A stretch of 64,000 nt of DNA, taken from positions 23,249,899-23,313,898 of the forward strand of contig OZ316891.1 in the NCBI GenBank assembly GCA_973895155.1, given 5' to 3'. Numbering within the stretch: position 1 is the stretch's first letter; each line of letters opens with the position of its first letter. This DNA is from Marsupella aquatica (Eukaryota > Plantae > Marchantiophyta). Below are positions 1 to 12,840 of this stretch, one piece after another. A model generated the notes under the pieces. The model did no database searches and was not told where the DNA came from. It saw nothing but the letters and a program-made list of their open reading frames with translations. Position numbers and translations under genes: made by a program.

Positions 1-248
1 CTGAGTGAGTGCCATGAGACCAAATTATCCAAATTAATATTTTCTTTGCCAAAATTTACAAATTTCTAGGCCCAAACCTACATTTTATGCAACACAAATG
101 TTCATTTTTCTTCACCCGAATATACAATTCTTATGTCCAAAAGTGTGTATGTAAGTGCCCAAATGTACAAAGTTCTTTAAGGAACATAGTACGTGATGAG
201 AGGCGACTATAACATGACTGGAAAATCTTACTAATAAATTGTCAACAT

Positions 249-315
249 AAGCTAGAGTTGAGGCCCAGGCTTCTACAGTGAGACCTCTAGACAGTGACTC
301 TAGGTCCCACCAAAA
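249..315. repeat. Short dispersed repeat; inverted copy in last CYP intron at about 5540-5607
   Basis: aagctagagttgaggcccaggcttctacagtgagacctctagac...cccaccaaa matches the reverse complement of 5540-5607 with few mismatches. Confidence 0.75.
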
Positions 316-1353
316 TTTGCCCAAAATTTGCAAACGGAAAGAACCATGAGTAATCATTCCTATTGATGTCATTCCATCATTCCTGGCTAGCTCATGATGT
401 CAATTATGCACAAAACAATGACTTTAAATTCTTACCTACAGAATAATGGTTACAATGAATGCAAATTGAAAGTGAAGCCTGGATGGACCACCATGTTAGA
501 CATAGTGCTCCCATGGACCACATTTTGGTGGTCCCTGGGAATTTTGGGCTTGTATCTTGATGATTATAAATCTTAAAATTATTTTTAGTTTTCACCTGCA
601 AGGGCAACTAGAGAAGGAGGAGACAAAACAAAACATAAGCCCTAATATTTCATATTAACACAATGAAAATTAATATAATATAATTTACCCCTTGGCATTC
701 CATGATGAATACTTCAACCAAAATGGCCAAAAATTCAAGGTCACTTTCATGGAATTGTAGCTTACCTACCCCTCTAGCACATGCTCAAAACAAAAAAATA
801 TTGAATTTATGAGCATGAAGTTATTACAATTAGAAACGTGTTCCATGTGGTTTCAAAAGACCAACCTTTAGGTCCAAGGGAACCTCGTTTTCTTACAAAT
901 CAGGGTCCAAGGGAGCATCATTTTCTTACAAATGAGTACCGACAAACGAGGTCTGGCGGAATCGACAACATAATGTCAATGCAATTGTTGCGTTTGATTA
1001 TGGGTTGGTAATGACCGGTGCAATTATGCGACCAGCATGAAGGTTAGTCAAATAGTGCGATTGTGGATGCGTGGGTGACCAATGACAAAGGGGCTTAGGT
1101 AAGGTGTTAGCGGCTTTTTCTTCTTCGGTGTGACACCAGAGAGCTCTGGGTCCTGCGACGTCGGTGGGAGATAAAACACTGAAAACAATTCACATCTGAA
1201 GAAGAGCACACGAGAATTCTGTTTCAAGGATTGTGCTTCCAGAGTACATTCAAGCTACAAGAACTGTGGATTTAAAAATTGCACACACATCTCACTGACT
1301 TAGTCCAGCACCTGTGGCGAGTCTAAGTTCTCAAGCTTGAGACAGTCACAGCG

Positions 1354-4300
1354 ATGGGGGAGTCGGTGCTGTCCACATTTTGGAGATACGCAGAGATGGG
1401 GGACTCAGGGCTGTCGACATCATTATCGATAGTGCTGGCCGTGGTGCTGGGCGGGGCTATTCTGCTGTGGGCGCAGCGATCGTACACTCTGTACTCATTG
1501 CGAAGGACCGATGCCGTGCTGCCCAAAGGCTCGCTGGGCTGGCCTATCGTTGGGGAATCATTCGACTTGCTCCGTGATCCAAAAGAATTTGCTTATTCTC
1601 GCGTCAGCAGGTAATTAATCTCTTATTCATGAATTGAACAGTCATGGTCTTGAATTGGCTTCTGCAGGTAGATCTCTTGTTCATGTAATGATTTTGGCTT
1701 GGCGCCTGCTCAATGATGTCCCATCATTATCATTATGGATCTCTCCTTGCCTAAAATGGTACGTGGGCACTTAGACAAGGGCAAGCTAGCTAGCAACTCA
1801 ATCATTCCTGCAATATGTCCCTTCGGCATCTTGCTTTGTGGCTTGTCATCTCGCTTTCTAGCTTGTCACTCACTCTCTCCCAGTCGGGAGAAATGCGTCC
1901 AGTTCACTAGCGAAAGTGAAGGAAGAAATTTTGGTGGGCAATGTCCCTATGTAGGAGGATGCATGTCCCCCGTTCAAAGACTAGTCTGACATATTTAAGT
2001 GGACTAGTCTGAAATATCTAAGCGCCACGGCTTCGAATGGTCAACAGCTCGGGTTGATGTCAGACTATTGGGGGGCAGCGATTCAATTGCAAATTACAAA
2101 GGAACTGGTAGCAAGTGGGGATGTTTAGAACATCTTCAGCACTTGGCTGAAAGTTGTGACTTGATGAATGCAGGTATGGAAATACGTTTAAAACGAACGT
2201 ATTTCTACGGCCAACGATATGTGGAACAACTCCGGATTTCGTCAAATTCGTCAATACGAACCCTCACCTCTTCAAACGGGCATACCCCGAAAGCTTCAAG
2301 CGAAGCATTGGACCCGAGACGTTTATGCTCCAGGAGGGTCCACGGCATATGTCTGTCAAGAAGTTGATCCTGAAATCTGTTGGTCCAGAAGGTCTCCGGG
2401 ATCAGGTCCATAGTTTTGAGAGCATTCTTCTCGAACACATGGCCTCGTGGGTGCGCGCTGGGACTGTTGTTGCACGTGGTGCAGTGCAAAAAGTGGGCCG
2501 TTCATTTTCAATCCTTACTAGAGCTTTCTTTCTTTAATCACTCTGTTCAATTCATTTTCGTTATATATTCTTCAGCGCATTCGTTTTCTTTTTCGAGTGC
2601 TTAGTACTTCTGTGCGATTTCTCTTCTTGTTCAATTCGTCTGCGGTATTCTTCAAATTAACTCTCCCGTCTTAATTTTATTCTCTTAAGATTCTTGAAAT
2701 TTAACTTCGGCACTGATGTGTCGTTTATGTCAACTGGCAGCTTACGTGGGATGCTGCCAACTGGGTCCTATTCGGAGATAGGAACAGTAGTAGCTCACCA
2801 CAAGGAAGGAAGAATTTGGAAGACTTTAATAAGGCCTCGCGGACATTGACAGCAATGCCAGTGAATCTTCCAGGAACGACGTTTAGCACAGGCATGAAGG
2901 TACGAAAACTGTCGGATGCTTGGCCAGCAGTTTGGACTTGGAATTGAATCCTGCCGGAGGCTAAGTTTGGACTTGAAGTTGAGATCTTGCCCGAGGCTCT
3001 TGAACACTGCTCGGCCAACTGAAGGCTAAGTCAGATACAGGTAGATAGATTTCAACAACGAAGACTTTGTCAAATCTGAAATCATTCCCGGAGTATTCGA
3101 AAGCGAGGTCGAGAATGATAATTTTGGACGGGAACGAATCTGTGCATTTGTGTTGTCCTCAACACCTCATTTGATTGATTGGTTGTTGTCTTCATCAGGC
3201 ACGGGCAAATTTGGTAGCATACTTCCAAACTCTGATTGAGTCGACGAAGGGCCAGAAGACTTTCGAGGGCGTTTTCTTCGGAGCTCTACTGGCAGCTCGG
3301 GATGACCCTGAAGGGCTAGAAGAGCTGAAGCATCTCGATGATTTCACGCTTGCCGAGAACATGTTTTTGATAAACTTCGCTGCTTCTGACACTACCACGA
3401 CGACTCTTGTATGGATCCTTAAGTATCTGATTGACTATCCGGAGGTCTTTCGCCGTTGCCAGGTACGGAGCATGCTTTGCTTCTCGGTTTGAATCTGGCA
3501 TGGCCTTTCGGATATCTAGAGGTCTGGAGCTTGAAATGGCAGTAGAATATTTGAACGTCATAAATGGTATTTTGTTGAAATATTATAGCACAATGTCGTT
3601 CTCAGCTTTTATCTCTTCTATTCTTCTCAGATCTTCTACAATACTAACCCTCATACTATGTGAGCAGGCTGAGCACCAACAGATTCTCAAAAACAAGGAC
3701 CCTTCCGTAGAAGGGCCCAGGCTTACTTGGGACGATATGAGAAAAATGGTTTACACTCGTAAGGTAACATGCATGATTATCCCTGGACAACCAAACAAAG
3801 TTGATTCCCTAGTGTACTGAAAATATAATGAACACTAGTCTAATATGAAGTCATAAACGAAGTGGATTGCCATTGGTCGAATATGAAGCTATTTAGAAAC
3901 CGGGTCCATGCTTGCGGGTGTTAGAAGTTATAAACGAAGTGGATTGCCATTATACTGGGCTTTGGTCGAATATGAAGCTATCTAGAGACCGGGTCCATGC
4001 TTGCGCATGGTAGGCAGGTAAATTCCGCTACAATCCTACATAGAATTAGATGCATAGTTGACCAGAACTCTAGAAAGTTCAAGCGATTGGCATACTTAAA
4101 TAATTACTTCTGAACTACCGGATGCAGTTCTTCAACGAAGTCCACAGAACCACTACACTCCTCCCTGTTCTTTTTAAGGAGGCAACCGAAGACGTTAAGT
4201 TTGAGGGTGAGTGATTTGAGCTTGAAGGTGACTGATCCTACTATTGCAAGCTACGCGTGTTGTTCTTGAATGGGATTAATTGCTAATGCATAGCGTTTGA

Positions 4301-5830
4301 GTTCCCACGCACCCAGCCAGCAAAATTTGTCAGCTTCATGCATATCTAGGTTCGGATTCAATGTAGGTACGTTCAGATTAATCAAGCTCTAAAGGCCCTT
4401 GCCAGCACACGCTTCTCAAGAAATATAAGCTGATTCTTCGACAAAAACATGTAGTAGCTCTATGAGCGAGTCATGAAATTATACGTTCGAGAAGAAACTC
4501 GTGCCACGTTCACATATTAAGATCATAAAAGTCTATTGATTCATGCAGGTCATCTAATACCAAAGGGCTGGAGCGTGACCCCGTTGACTAATTTCATTCA
4601 CACGGATCCTGGCAATTATCCCGATGTTAGTTTCAACCCCGATCGGTTCGATGTGAGTACTGTACTACTACCTTCGTCCTCAGTCAGGTTTTGATTGAAA
4701 GATATGATGTTACTGACAACTAAACGATCACAGATTTAATTTGTTTTCCTCAATGAGTTGGTGTACCTGACCGGCCTGAAGACTTTCACTCAGTAGAATT
4801 GATCGACCTCTTTCGATTTGGGAAACTTCTGCAGGTGACTCCGAAACCATACAGTTACATGCCATTCAGTTCTGGGCCTCATATTTGTCCGGGGATTGAA
4901 ATGGCCAAGCTGATTTCGTGCATCTGCGTTCATCATCTCACTACGACTTACATGTAAGTACCCATATACTTGACCTTAATTTGACAGAGTTTGGTACAGC
5001 TAGTCCGTGCATTTGCCTTTGGAATGGAGCCTCTTATCCAGCCCAGTCTGAAGAATTCGAGCGAAGGGAGTCGACAGACTTGCCGAATGACATCTAGAAC
5101 TTGAGATTGATTTGCATCCATCCATGTCCTCTAACCTTTCTTGTGACCTTAGTTTGTATTTTCATTAAAGGTTATGCGACACAAGCCCCTCACAAAGCTG
5201 GCTCCAAACCTGGCTCGGGATTCCCTGATTTAAATCTTTGTGTTCGTGTCAGGATCTAGTCCCCAGCATATGTTTCTCAATATTCACTTGCCTGCTTACT
5301 CTAGGGGGGCATGGCCTGTGAACCCTTGGGGACTATAGCTAGCCCTCAAAGAAATGAGGAACCTAACTCAGGATACTCTCTACCAATGAGACTGCACAAC
5401 ATGTCTGTCTTTTGAATTGAATGACGAGCCTGAATGCTCATTCTTTGAATGGCAATAGAATGATAACAAAAATCAACTTGCATGATCCATTTTGATGTAC
5501 CATACATTAGATTCTCAATTCTGCTCTCCATACGCATACATTTGGTGGGGCCCTAGAGTTAGAGTCTAGAGGTTTCACTCTAGAAGCCTAGACCCAACTC
5601 TAGCTTGACTTCTGTTTGCTAATTAGTAGTAATATGTGAAAAACCCTTGCAACTTACCACCCAAGTATAAATTCCATGGTTTCAATTTTGACATTATTAA
5701 GTGTTCTTGGCTCGATTTATTGTGCAGGCATGAGAGAGCTGAACCTGATAAGGGTATAATGTATGAAACCCTTACCCCCAAGGTAAAAGGAGGATACCCA
5801 ATCAAATTGAGTCCTAGGAGACAGGTGTGA
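1354..5830 (+). CDS. Cytochrome P450, CYP85 clan (CYP707A/ABA 8'-hydroxylase-like, divergent); 9 exons, about 499 aa
   Basis: GT-AG exons 1354-1610, 2174-2492, 2741-2899, 3199-3462, 3668-3763, 4128-4206, 4549-4652, 4835-4953, 5728-5830 join in frame (1500 nt). Motifs: N-terminal membrane anchor, LPKGSLGWPIVGE, RYGNTFKT, PVNLPGT, I-helix FAASDTT, ExxR (EVHR), IPKGW, FNPDRF, heme motif FSSGPHICPG, HHLTTTY. Confidence 0.93.
3853..4006. repeat. Tandem duplication (about 65-77 bp unit) in CYP intron 5
   Basis: ataaacgaagtggattgccatt...ggtcgaatatgaagctat.taga.accgggtccatgcttgcg occurs twice. Confidence 0.8.
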
Positions 5831-6284
5831 TAGCGCAGAAGCCTGTTTTAGTTATGCACACTCTCGGTATATTACCACATTTTGATGTGTGATTACCGAC
5901 ACTGAACTAAATGTACCCATGTCAAACTAAATGTTGTTCCTAATGGCTATAATCTCCCGCAAAAAGTGTCTGGGATTTTCTCTATATAGACATGAATAGT
6001 CCTTTCCTAAAAATGATTTAGCAAGTGAGTTGACAAGTGCATTGTCAAGTTCCGCCTCATGACGTAAACTACATATACGGTGCTTTACATTCCAAGGGAT
6101 CTCATTGCTGTTGAGGTCCAACACACTATGTGTCAACTGTGACTTCCAAATTTTTGCTGCAAATCTCTTGCTAAGTTGATCATAAGTAATCTCATTTTTT
6201 GCCTTGTCTCTCTTCATGTGCAAAAGAGACCACTTTGGAGAGTTGAGAAGAAGATAACATCGAATGTCACTTGCATGTGATAGT

Positions 6285-6579
6285 CTCGGGGGTCTCACTA
6301 TATGGGGACCTCCCCATTGCCTGCGACGTTTTTAGGCCTTAGACCCCCTAAAATGTAAGAAAAAAAATTATTTTTTAACCCCTATAAAGTTGGAATATTC
6401 TTGGAATATTCTAAAAATTGGATTGAAAAGACGCTACTATTCTTATAAGTCTCAAAATTGAATTTAAAAGACCCTATTGTTCTTCTACAAAAATTCTTAA
6501 GTCTTTCCTTAGAACCAATAAAATGACCCTATCCTTTGTCGCACATGATATGCCATTTTTGTGGAAGTGAACCCCCGAG
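6285..6579. mobile_element. MITE, CTCGGGGG-TIR family, 8-bp TSD
   Basis: Starts ctcgggggtctcact, ends agtgaacccccgag; flanks gtgatagt/gtgataat (1 mismatch); close inverted copy at 41958-42253. Confidence 0.9.
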
Positions 6580-7189
6580 GTGATAATTTCTCAAGACATG
6601 GCCAAAGAATTGCTAGAAGAAAATTATCTCCATGATTGGCATGCGTGTAGGGCACTGGAAATAATCCGGTCATGTCTGGGTTGGCAAATGCCTTAAAGGG
6701 GGAGTCATCCACAATGAGGGTGTTGGTTTCATCATATAGATCTCCAAATGCATTCCATACCACCTGAAAATCCTTCAGTAGCACATTTGCCTTTCCGTTT
6801 GTAATGTCACATCTTTGAATGTCTGTGTCAAAAGCTTCCACGTGTGTGAATACAAACTGGAGTTTTGACCTCTCCTCATCAGTGAACATCATGTTCAACA
6901 TTTTTATTGTTCGCGGTATCCCAGCACATGTCCAACTTGCAACGTCAAATCTGTCAAAAACCAACTTTAGAAACTCATGGAGCCCTGGTCGTTCTGTATA
7001 CATGCGACTAATATCATTTTTTCTATCCCAATGCACTCCACTTGAGGTGACAATATTCCTGGATGTGCCCTTGCTTTGGAATTCAATAGAATCCCAAAGT
7101 ATTTTATTAAGGTCCAAAATCAGCAACTTCCGCTTGACGGGACCAGGTCTCGATTCTGCAAGTGCACCAAACACCATTCTCAGAGAAAA

Positions 7190-7496
7190 CTTGGGGGCCT
7201 CAATCCAAGGGGTGTCCCATATCACGCTCGAAGTTTTGGGGGAATAAACACCCTAAAAGTTAAGTCAATAAAATTTTTTTTAGGAATTGTTTTACCCCTA
7301 ACTTAATGGAATATTCCAAGAATATTCCCATATTTGATTTTAAAAAACCCTATGATTCTTATCATTCTGAAAATTGGATTAAAATAACCCTAATGTTTTT
7401 CAACAAAAATTTAAAAGTATTTCACTAAACCCAATAAAAAAACCCTATACTTATTCGCGCGTGATGGGTTGGAAGAAAAGAAGTGAGGACCCCGGG
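7190..7496. mobile_element. MITE, diverged member of the same family
   Basis: cttgggggcctca...tgaggaccccggg; perfect TSD agagaaaa; internal ggaatattccaagaatattcc shared with the family. Confidence 0.8.
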
Positions 7497-7635
7497 AGAG
7501 AAAAGACCAAAAGTGAACTTTGGATTAGGATTGTCTCAGTCCAAAAATACAAGACAATGGCTGACAAAAAAGAAAATTAACCTACTTACCGTTTTTAGAA
7601 GCCTCACAATCTATAGACGTATATGGAGACTTTAA

Positions 7636-7963
7636 CTCGGGGGGGTCACTTCCACGGAAGTGACACATCACGTGCGACAAAGTATAGGCCCATTTAAATG
7701 GGTGTGGCGGAAGACTTCCAAAGTTTGGTGGAAGAACACATAGGGCATGTTTTATTGATTGGTCGACTTTAAAGAACACATAGGCCTATTTAATTGCAAA
7801 AAATACTTTCTATAAAGTTTTTAGGGGTTTTTTAATAAAAAATGACAAAATTTTAAGAAAGAAAGGGCTTTGCAAAAAAATATTTTTCACTTTAAAGTTA
7901 GGGGGGTCAAACCCTAAAACGTCGCACGCGATGTATGACCCTCCATATAGTGACCCCCCCGAG
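7636..7963. mobile_element. MITE, CTCGGGGG-TIR family
   Basis: ctcgggggggtcact...agtgacccccccgag; perfect TSD gactttaa; related to 53631-53875. Confidence 0.92.
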
Positions 7964-8045
7964 GACTTTAATTGGTGAGCGCAGTCTATGAGACCGAGAA
8001 GTATTTTAGATTGATGTGAATAAATAGAAAGTCAAAGGCTGAATT

Positions 8046-11000
8046 TCATTCCGAAATAAGAGATCCGTATTCATCAATAATCATGTCAGCACCAAGCTCC
8101 TGTTGGATTTTAAAATTGACATTTGAAGTACTTTGTTCTACCCAATAAGGTGAAGTCCAAATAGGAGTTATCAACCCCAATTCTCCCCTCTTATACTCCT
8201 CCTTATTGAGAATTGAAGGAGCAGCATCCAATGATATTTCTTGGCCTCAATTTGATCCACTTTTCCACACGTAACATCGTGCGTCGCGTTCCAATGACCT
8301 CCATCTAGTTGATCCAACTCTATTTCCTTTCTTTTTTTAGAGCGGAAGGACAATAGGACTCCCCGAGTGTGTACGAACAAACACCAATTTGTCATCAAAA
8401 GCTGAAAAGAGTGTGTCAAGACAAGTTGAAGCACCTGCCTGGTTGTCAGCAGCCGTTGATGCATTTCCTCCTGGATTGATGGGAATGTCAGGCAATCTGC
8501 CAGTCTCCCCCAGAGTCAATTCTTTAGTTTCAGCTTCATTTGAATCTCCAAGCCTCGTTGCGCCTTCATTGATCAGATTGGTTGAAGAAAGATGATCAAA
8601 CGTATCAACCCTTGCTCCGTCCAGTTGCTCCATCTGTCGTCCCGGCGTTGTTGGATTGGGATCATCCTTGTCCAAGTTATCATCAACTTGAACTTCATTG
8701 GGCCCCAAAGGGATGTCATCTAAACGAGATGAACGGTTTGGTGCAAGTCCAATATCATCATCTACATCGTAAGGCTCACCTTGACCAACACGATCATCCA
8801 AATTCTTGACATATGCCTCCTCTGATGCCTCTACGCCTTTAGCCACTTTGTCAGCAACATCTTCAGACTCAGAACCATCAGATTCAACAGCAATAGCTAC
8901 AGCCGCAACAATGGTAGCCCATTGTTGAGAATTTTCAGCAAGTGATTCACAATGGGCTTTAAGTGAGGGAACTCTCTCGCAAAGGTAGGAAGCAAAAGCT
9001 TCCACAAAATGCCTCTCGGAGTGAGAGTCACAATAAACAAAGCATTCCCTATCGCAAAAAAATGATGTCTTCATGACTTGGCCACCGGAGAAAAAATCTA
9101 GAACCAAATCTCCCGGTTCTAACAAGGATTCAATAATCCTTCAAATCATCCGCATGGGTTTGGCATGAGGATTAACCCACCCTCCGCGACTGCCAACTAT
9201 CTCAAATCGAGGGGCCATATTCATAATCTTGACGGCCTCTTTCGGGTCCAAAACCACTTTTAGGTCGTCGTTTTGTGTCCCCTCATCTGATTCCTTAGCC
9301 TTCCCCTTTCCCTTGTCAATCCTGCATACTTCGTAATCAACATCCTTTGAAGTATACAAGAATTTTGGCTTTGGATAGTTGGGCTTGAAAACTTCATTCC
9401 AATTGACGTCTTCATCTCGAGAAATCCCCGCAAAGATAACTTCTTCAATCCCCCCACCCCAACATGAGTCATGAGGGTGCAGTTGATCATCTCGAGAATA
9501 ACTCCCATACTCAATGTGAATGGTCAAAGCTTTCTCTTGTCCCAATTTACGAAGGGCACCATGGACATTCAATGCAAGTTGTCCAGGATGAACTGTTATC
9601 GTCACAACAATCATGGGATTTTGTGGAAGCTCCACAATATATTCAAAGAGAACAAGAATCTCTGCTTCAGTCCATTGTTTTTGCGGAAGCCGGCTAAAAT
9701 CAACAATGGCAAGAGGGCAGGTCAAAGGAGCTTCTTGCAATGACTCTGGATCAATGGTCTTCATGAGATTGTCGCTAAAAATGTAACCCATGGTAGGGTC
9801 CGAGAACGTGATCCTTCGCCAAATTTCTGGCAGTATATATCATCTAGGCGGAATGCCAATGCCGTCGGCAAGATTGCGCTCTCCCGCGTATGATTTGGCT
9901 TTAAAAGGTTGGCAAGATAGACCTCGCCAGCGGCTCTTTGACACCTACTGAACTCTAAATCAATTGCTAGCGTAGGAAGAACCTCAACTACTTTCCCCCA
10001 ATTAGTATTTGCCAGGAAATTCACTGCATCCTTGGTGCAATAGTAGTCTTCAATAAGGGATTTCAGTTTCCGCACGATCTTCACATCTTTGGCCAACTCC
10101 TCTATAGATGGCATGTCTGACTTATTAGAGGCATCTTTCTTTAGCAATACCTTTCTTGACTTCACCCGCGTTAGTATTCTTGTGATGTCTCGTTGTGAGA
10201 TCAACTCACCATCAAAACAACGAAACATGGCAACAGTAATTGCTTTTTCAGACTTCTCATTTCCTTCTACCCCAGCTCCATTGGGAAGTTTCCCATCCAA
10301 CCACAACTGGCATACCAAACTCCATAACTCAAAAAGAGCATTGTCCGCAAACAGTTACCAGTAAACATTTCGACAATCTTTCCTTCCCATGGTCATTCTT
10401 GCAAGAGCCAACCAATCCTACAATTGCAAAGGAAAGTCTGTTAGTTCTCCATAACTCAATTGTTTGAAAGCCTCAGGTGCGAACTGAGACCATCCTAGTC
10501 CAACACAGATTTAGACAGTATCAGTGGAAATATTCTATTGAATGTGCATGATTTAGTTTGGACTGGGACCATCCCAGTCTAGAACAAAACTAGACGGTAT
10601 CAATGGAAAAATAATCTATTGAATGTGTATGAATCCATTTGGACTGGGACCATCCCAATCCAACGCAAAACTAGGCGATATCAGTGGAAATATTCTACTG
10701 AATGTGCATGAATCCATTTGGATTGGGACCATCACAGTCCAACACAAAACTAGACGATATTAGTGGAAATAGTCTATTGAATGTGCATGAATCCATTTGG
10801 ACTGGGACCATCCCAATCCAACACAAAACTAGGCGATATTAGTGGAAATATTCTACTGAATGTGCATGAATCTACGGTATTGTACCCATCAAGCAGTAAC
10901 ACTTCATACCTGAAATTTTTGATTGTCTTGAGCCTTTTTTGTTGTCCCCATGTTTTGGCTGGCCAGGTCTTCCACATTCCACAAATTCTCGCCTAGCATG

Positions 11001-12605
11001 AACGACTGTATTTTTGAAGCATGACTAAAACACCATCGTGCTATTGATCGCATTAGATTGCATTGAATGCTCAACTAATATTGATGATGGTGTTCGATGA
11101 GATAATATTCTTGACTTTCAAAATTCCAGCTTTTTTGCCAATGTTGTTAGCTTGGCATCCTTGTTTGCCCATTCTTGAATCCATCCGGCTGCTCTGGCCG
11201 AATGTTGACCGCTAATGGCAAGGAATTGAACCTCGCCCTTTTTCACGGCTGCTACAAAGTCCCTCCTATCTGATTCCGTGTTGTCATACTGCATTAGGTT
11301 TCTATGTTTTGCAGTGTAAGGAATCAAGTCTGCTATGTGTGGTTCATGCCCCGGATTTCTTATCATGGAATTGGCCACATCCTTTACATGGTCTGCATTC
11401 AACATTCTATAACAGAGTTTTGCCAACGTAGGGAAAATACTCTCTACGGGAATAGAAAATATCGAATTGATCCCAAACGTATAATATTGCTCCATTTGTT
11501 GCAGTACCTCACTACCTTCTAAGACCTTCTTCTCCTCAGGAGCGTCCAACTGCTCGTCCACATCTTGTGAATGCACTGTTAGGTTTTCTGTAGTGTCATC
11601 CATGATGGCACTGTCAATTTTCTGTTTCTTCTTCTGTCTTGGCCTCTTTTCACTTGCACTCGGCTTCCCAACCGGACGTTTCTTCTCAATTGGCTTCTCA
11701 ACTTGGCTTCTTGTACTCGGCTTCTCAATTGGCTTCTCAACTGGCTTCTCAACTCGGCTTCTCAACTGGAAGTTTCTTCTCAACCGGAGGTTTCCTTTGG
11801 CTTTGTTTTTGTTTTCCCACTGCTCTTTGAGAGGTTGCTGTTGTAGTTCCCGCGGTCTCTGTTGTAGGTTCTGGAGCTTTCTCTGGCACTTGCTCGGGCA
11901 CAGGGTTTGTATTCACCGCTGGAAGCTTCTTGTCTTGGACAAAGATTCTATCCATTGCTTTGCTTTGACTAAATCAAACTTGGGAGCAAATGCAACATCC
12001 TTATCAATTAAAACACCAGGCTCCTCCGACTCCAACGATAACAATCCAGCTTTCTCAAGTAAATTGCTTAACATCCACGTAGTTGCAAAAGAAAAATTGC
12101 CTTGGTGCTTCATCATGTTGAGTTTCAAATATTGAAACCCATACATAATGTTGACTGGAAGCATACCAGTTACCCCGGCGACCAACTTCTTTGTGTCATA
12201 GGTCTTTGGGAAAAATCCCATTGACAAAACGCTCAATTCCCCACTTGCGTGCCATTCAACATTGAATTCAAAGGAGTATGCCTTTGACAGAAGGTTAACT
12301 TTAACCCAACAAGACCTATCGTGCATCTCTAGAATGACCAAATTCATCCCTCTCCCTCCAATGCCAACAGAGACCACAGGTCCGCAAACAAAAGTCAGGC
12401 TATCATTTTCTCTGCACTTTAAGGTCAAAACAGGTTCAATCGTGCTTGATGGCACTTAATTATTAAGCGGGGTTCTTGAGAACTCAAGCCCCCATCGAAA
12501 GCGTGGGGATCTCTCATCTAGTAAGAATCCGTCTAGGCAGTGGGTCGGTGCAATCGCAGGTTTGAAACCAACAAGATCGCTCCCTGCATCATAAACGTCA
12601 TCCAT
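8046..12605 (-). pseudogene. ParB/Srx-like plus N4/N6 DNA-methyltransferase-like fusion gene (copy A), frameshifted
   Basis: ORF pieces 11118-11783 (DHVKDVANSM...FLAISGQHSARAA, ParB-like), 9761-10318, 9141-9791 and 8337-9125 (NPHAKPMRMI*RIIESLLEPGDLVLDFFSGG, matching motif X/I of beta-class MTases), acidic tail; VEKP repeats near 11700. Confidence 0.72.
10485..10870. repeat. About 79-bp tandem repeat (about 5 units) in a probable intron of gene A, units carrying palindrome TTGGACTGGGA-CCA-TCCCAGTCCAA
   Basis: Equivalent positions at 10520, 10599, 10680, 10759, 10838. Confidence 0.9.
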
Positions 12606-12642
12606 GTTAGACTTAAAATGTTTAAAACATTTGAATAACTCT

Positions 12643-12840
12643 TGTTGGATTAGGATGGTCCTAGTCCAACTTGAGATGGTTTTAGACTTGCTCCTACAAT
12701 CGGGGTTCAATCTCCTGGATGGATTAGGATCATCCGAGTCCAACTTTGGATTGGGATGGTCCAAGTCCAACTTATCCGAGTCCAAGTTTGGATTGGGATG
12801 GTCCGAGTCCAACTTTGGACCCGGATGGTCCCAGTCCTCT
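12643..12840. repeat. Short cluster of the element-A palindromic unit
   Basis: ttggattgggatggtccgagtccaa variants just upstream of gene A. Confidence 0.85.

Larger units (their letters stand above)
5927..7635 (-). pseudogene. FCP1/NIF-like HAD phosphatase domain gene, disrupted by MITEs; probable cargo of transposon A
   Basis: LILDLNKIL, ERPGLHEFL, ASWTCA, NTLIVDDSPFKAFANP. Removing MITE 6285-6579 plus one TSD joins EKLS to HASDIRCY. Intron 7589-7156 (GTAAGT...CAG) joins in frame. Confidence 0.8.
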
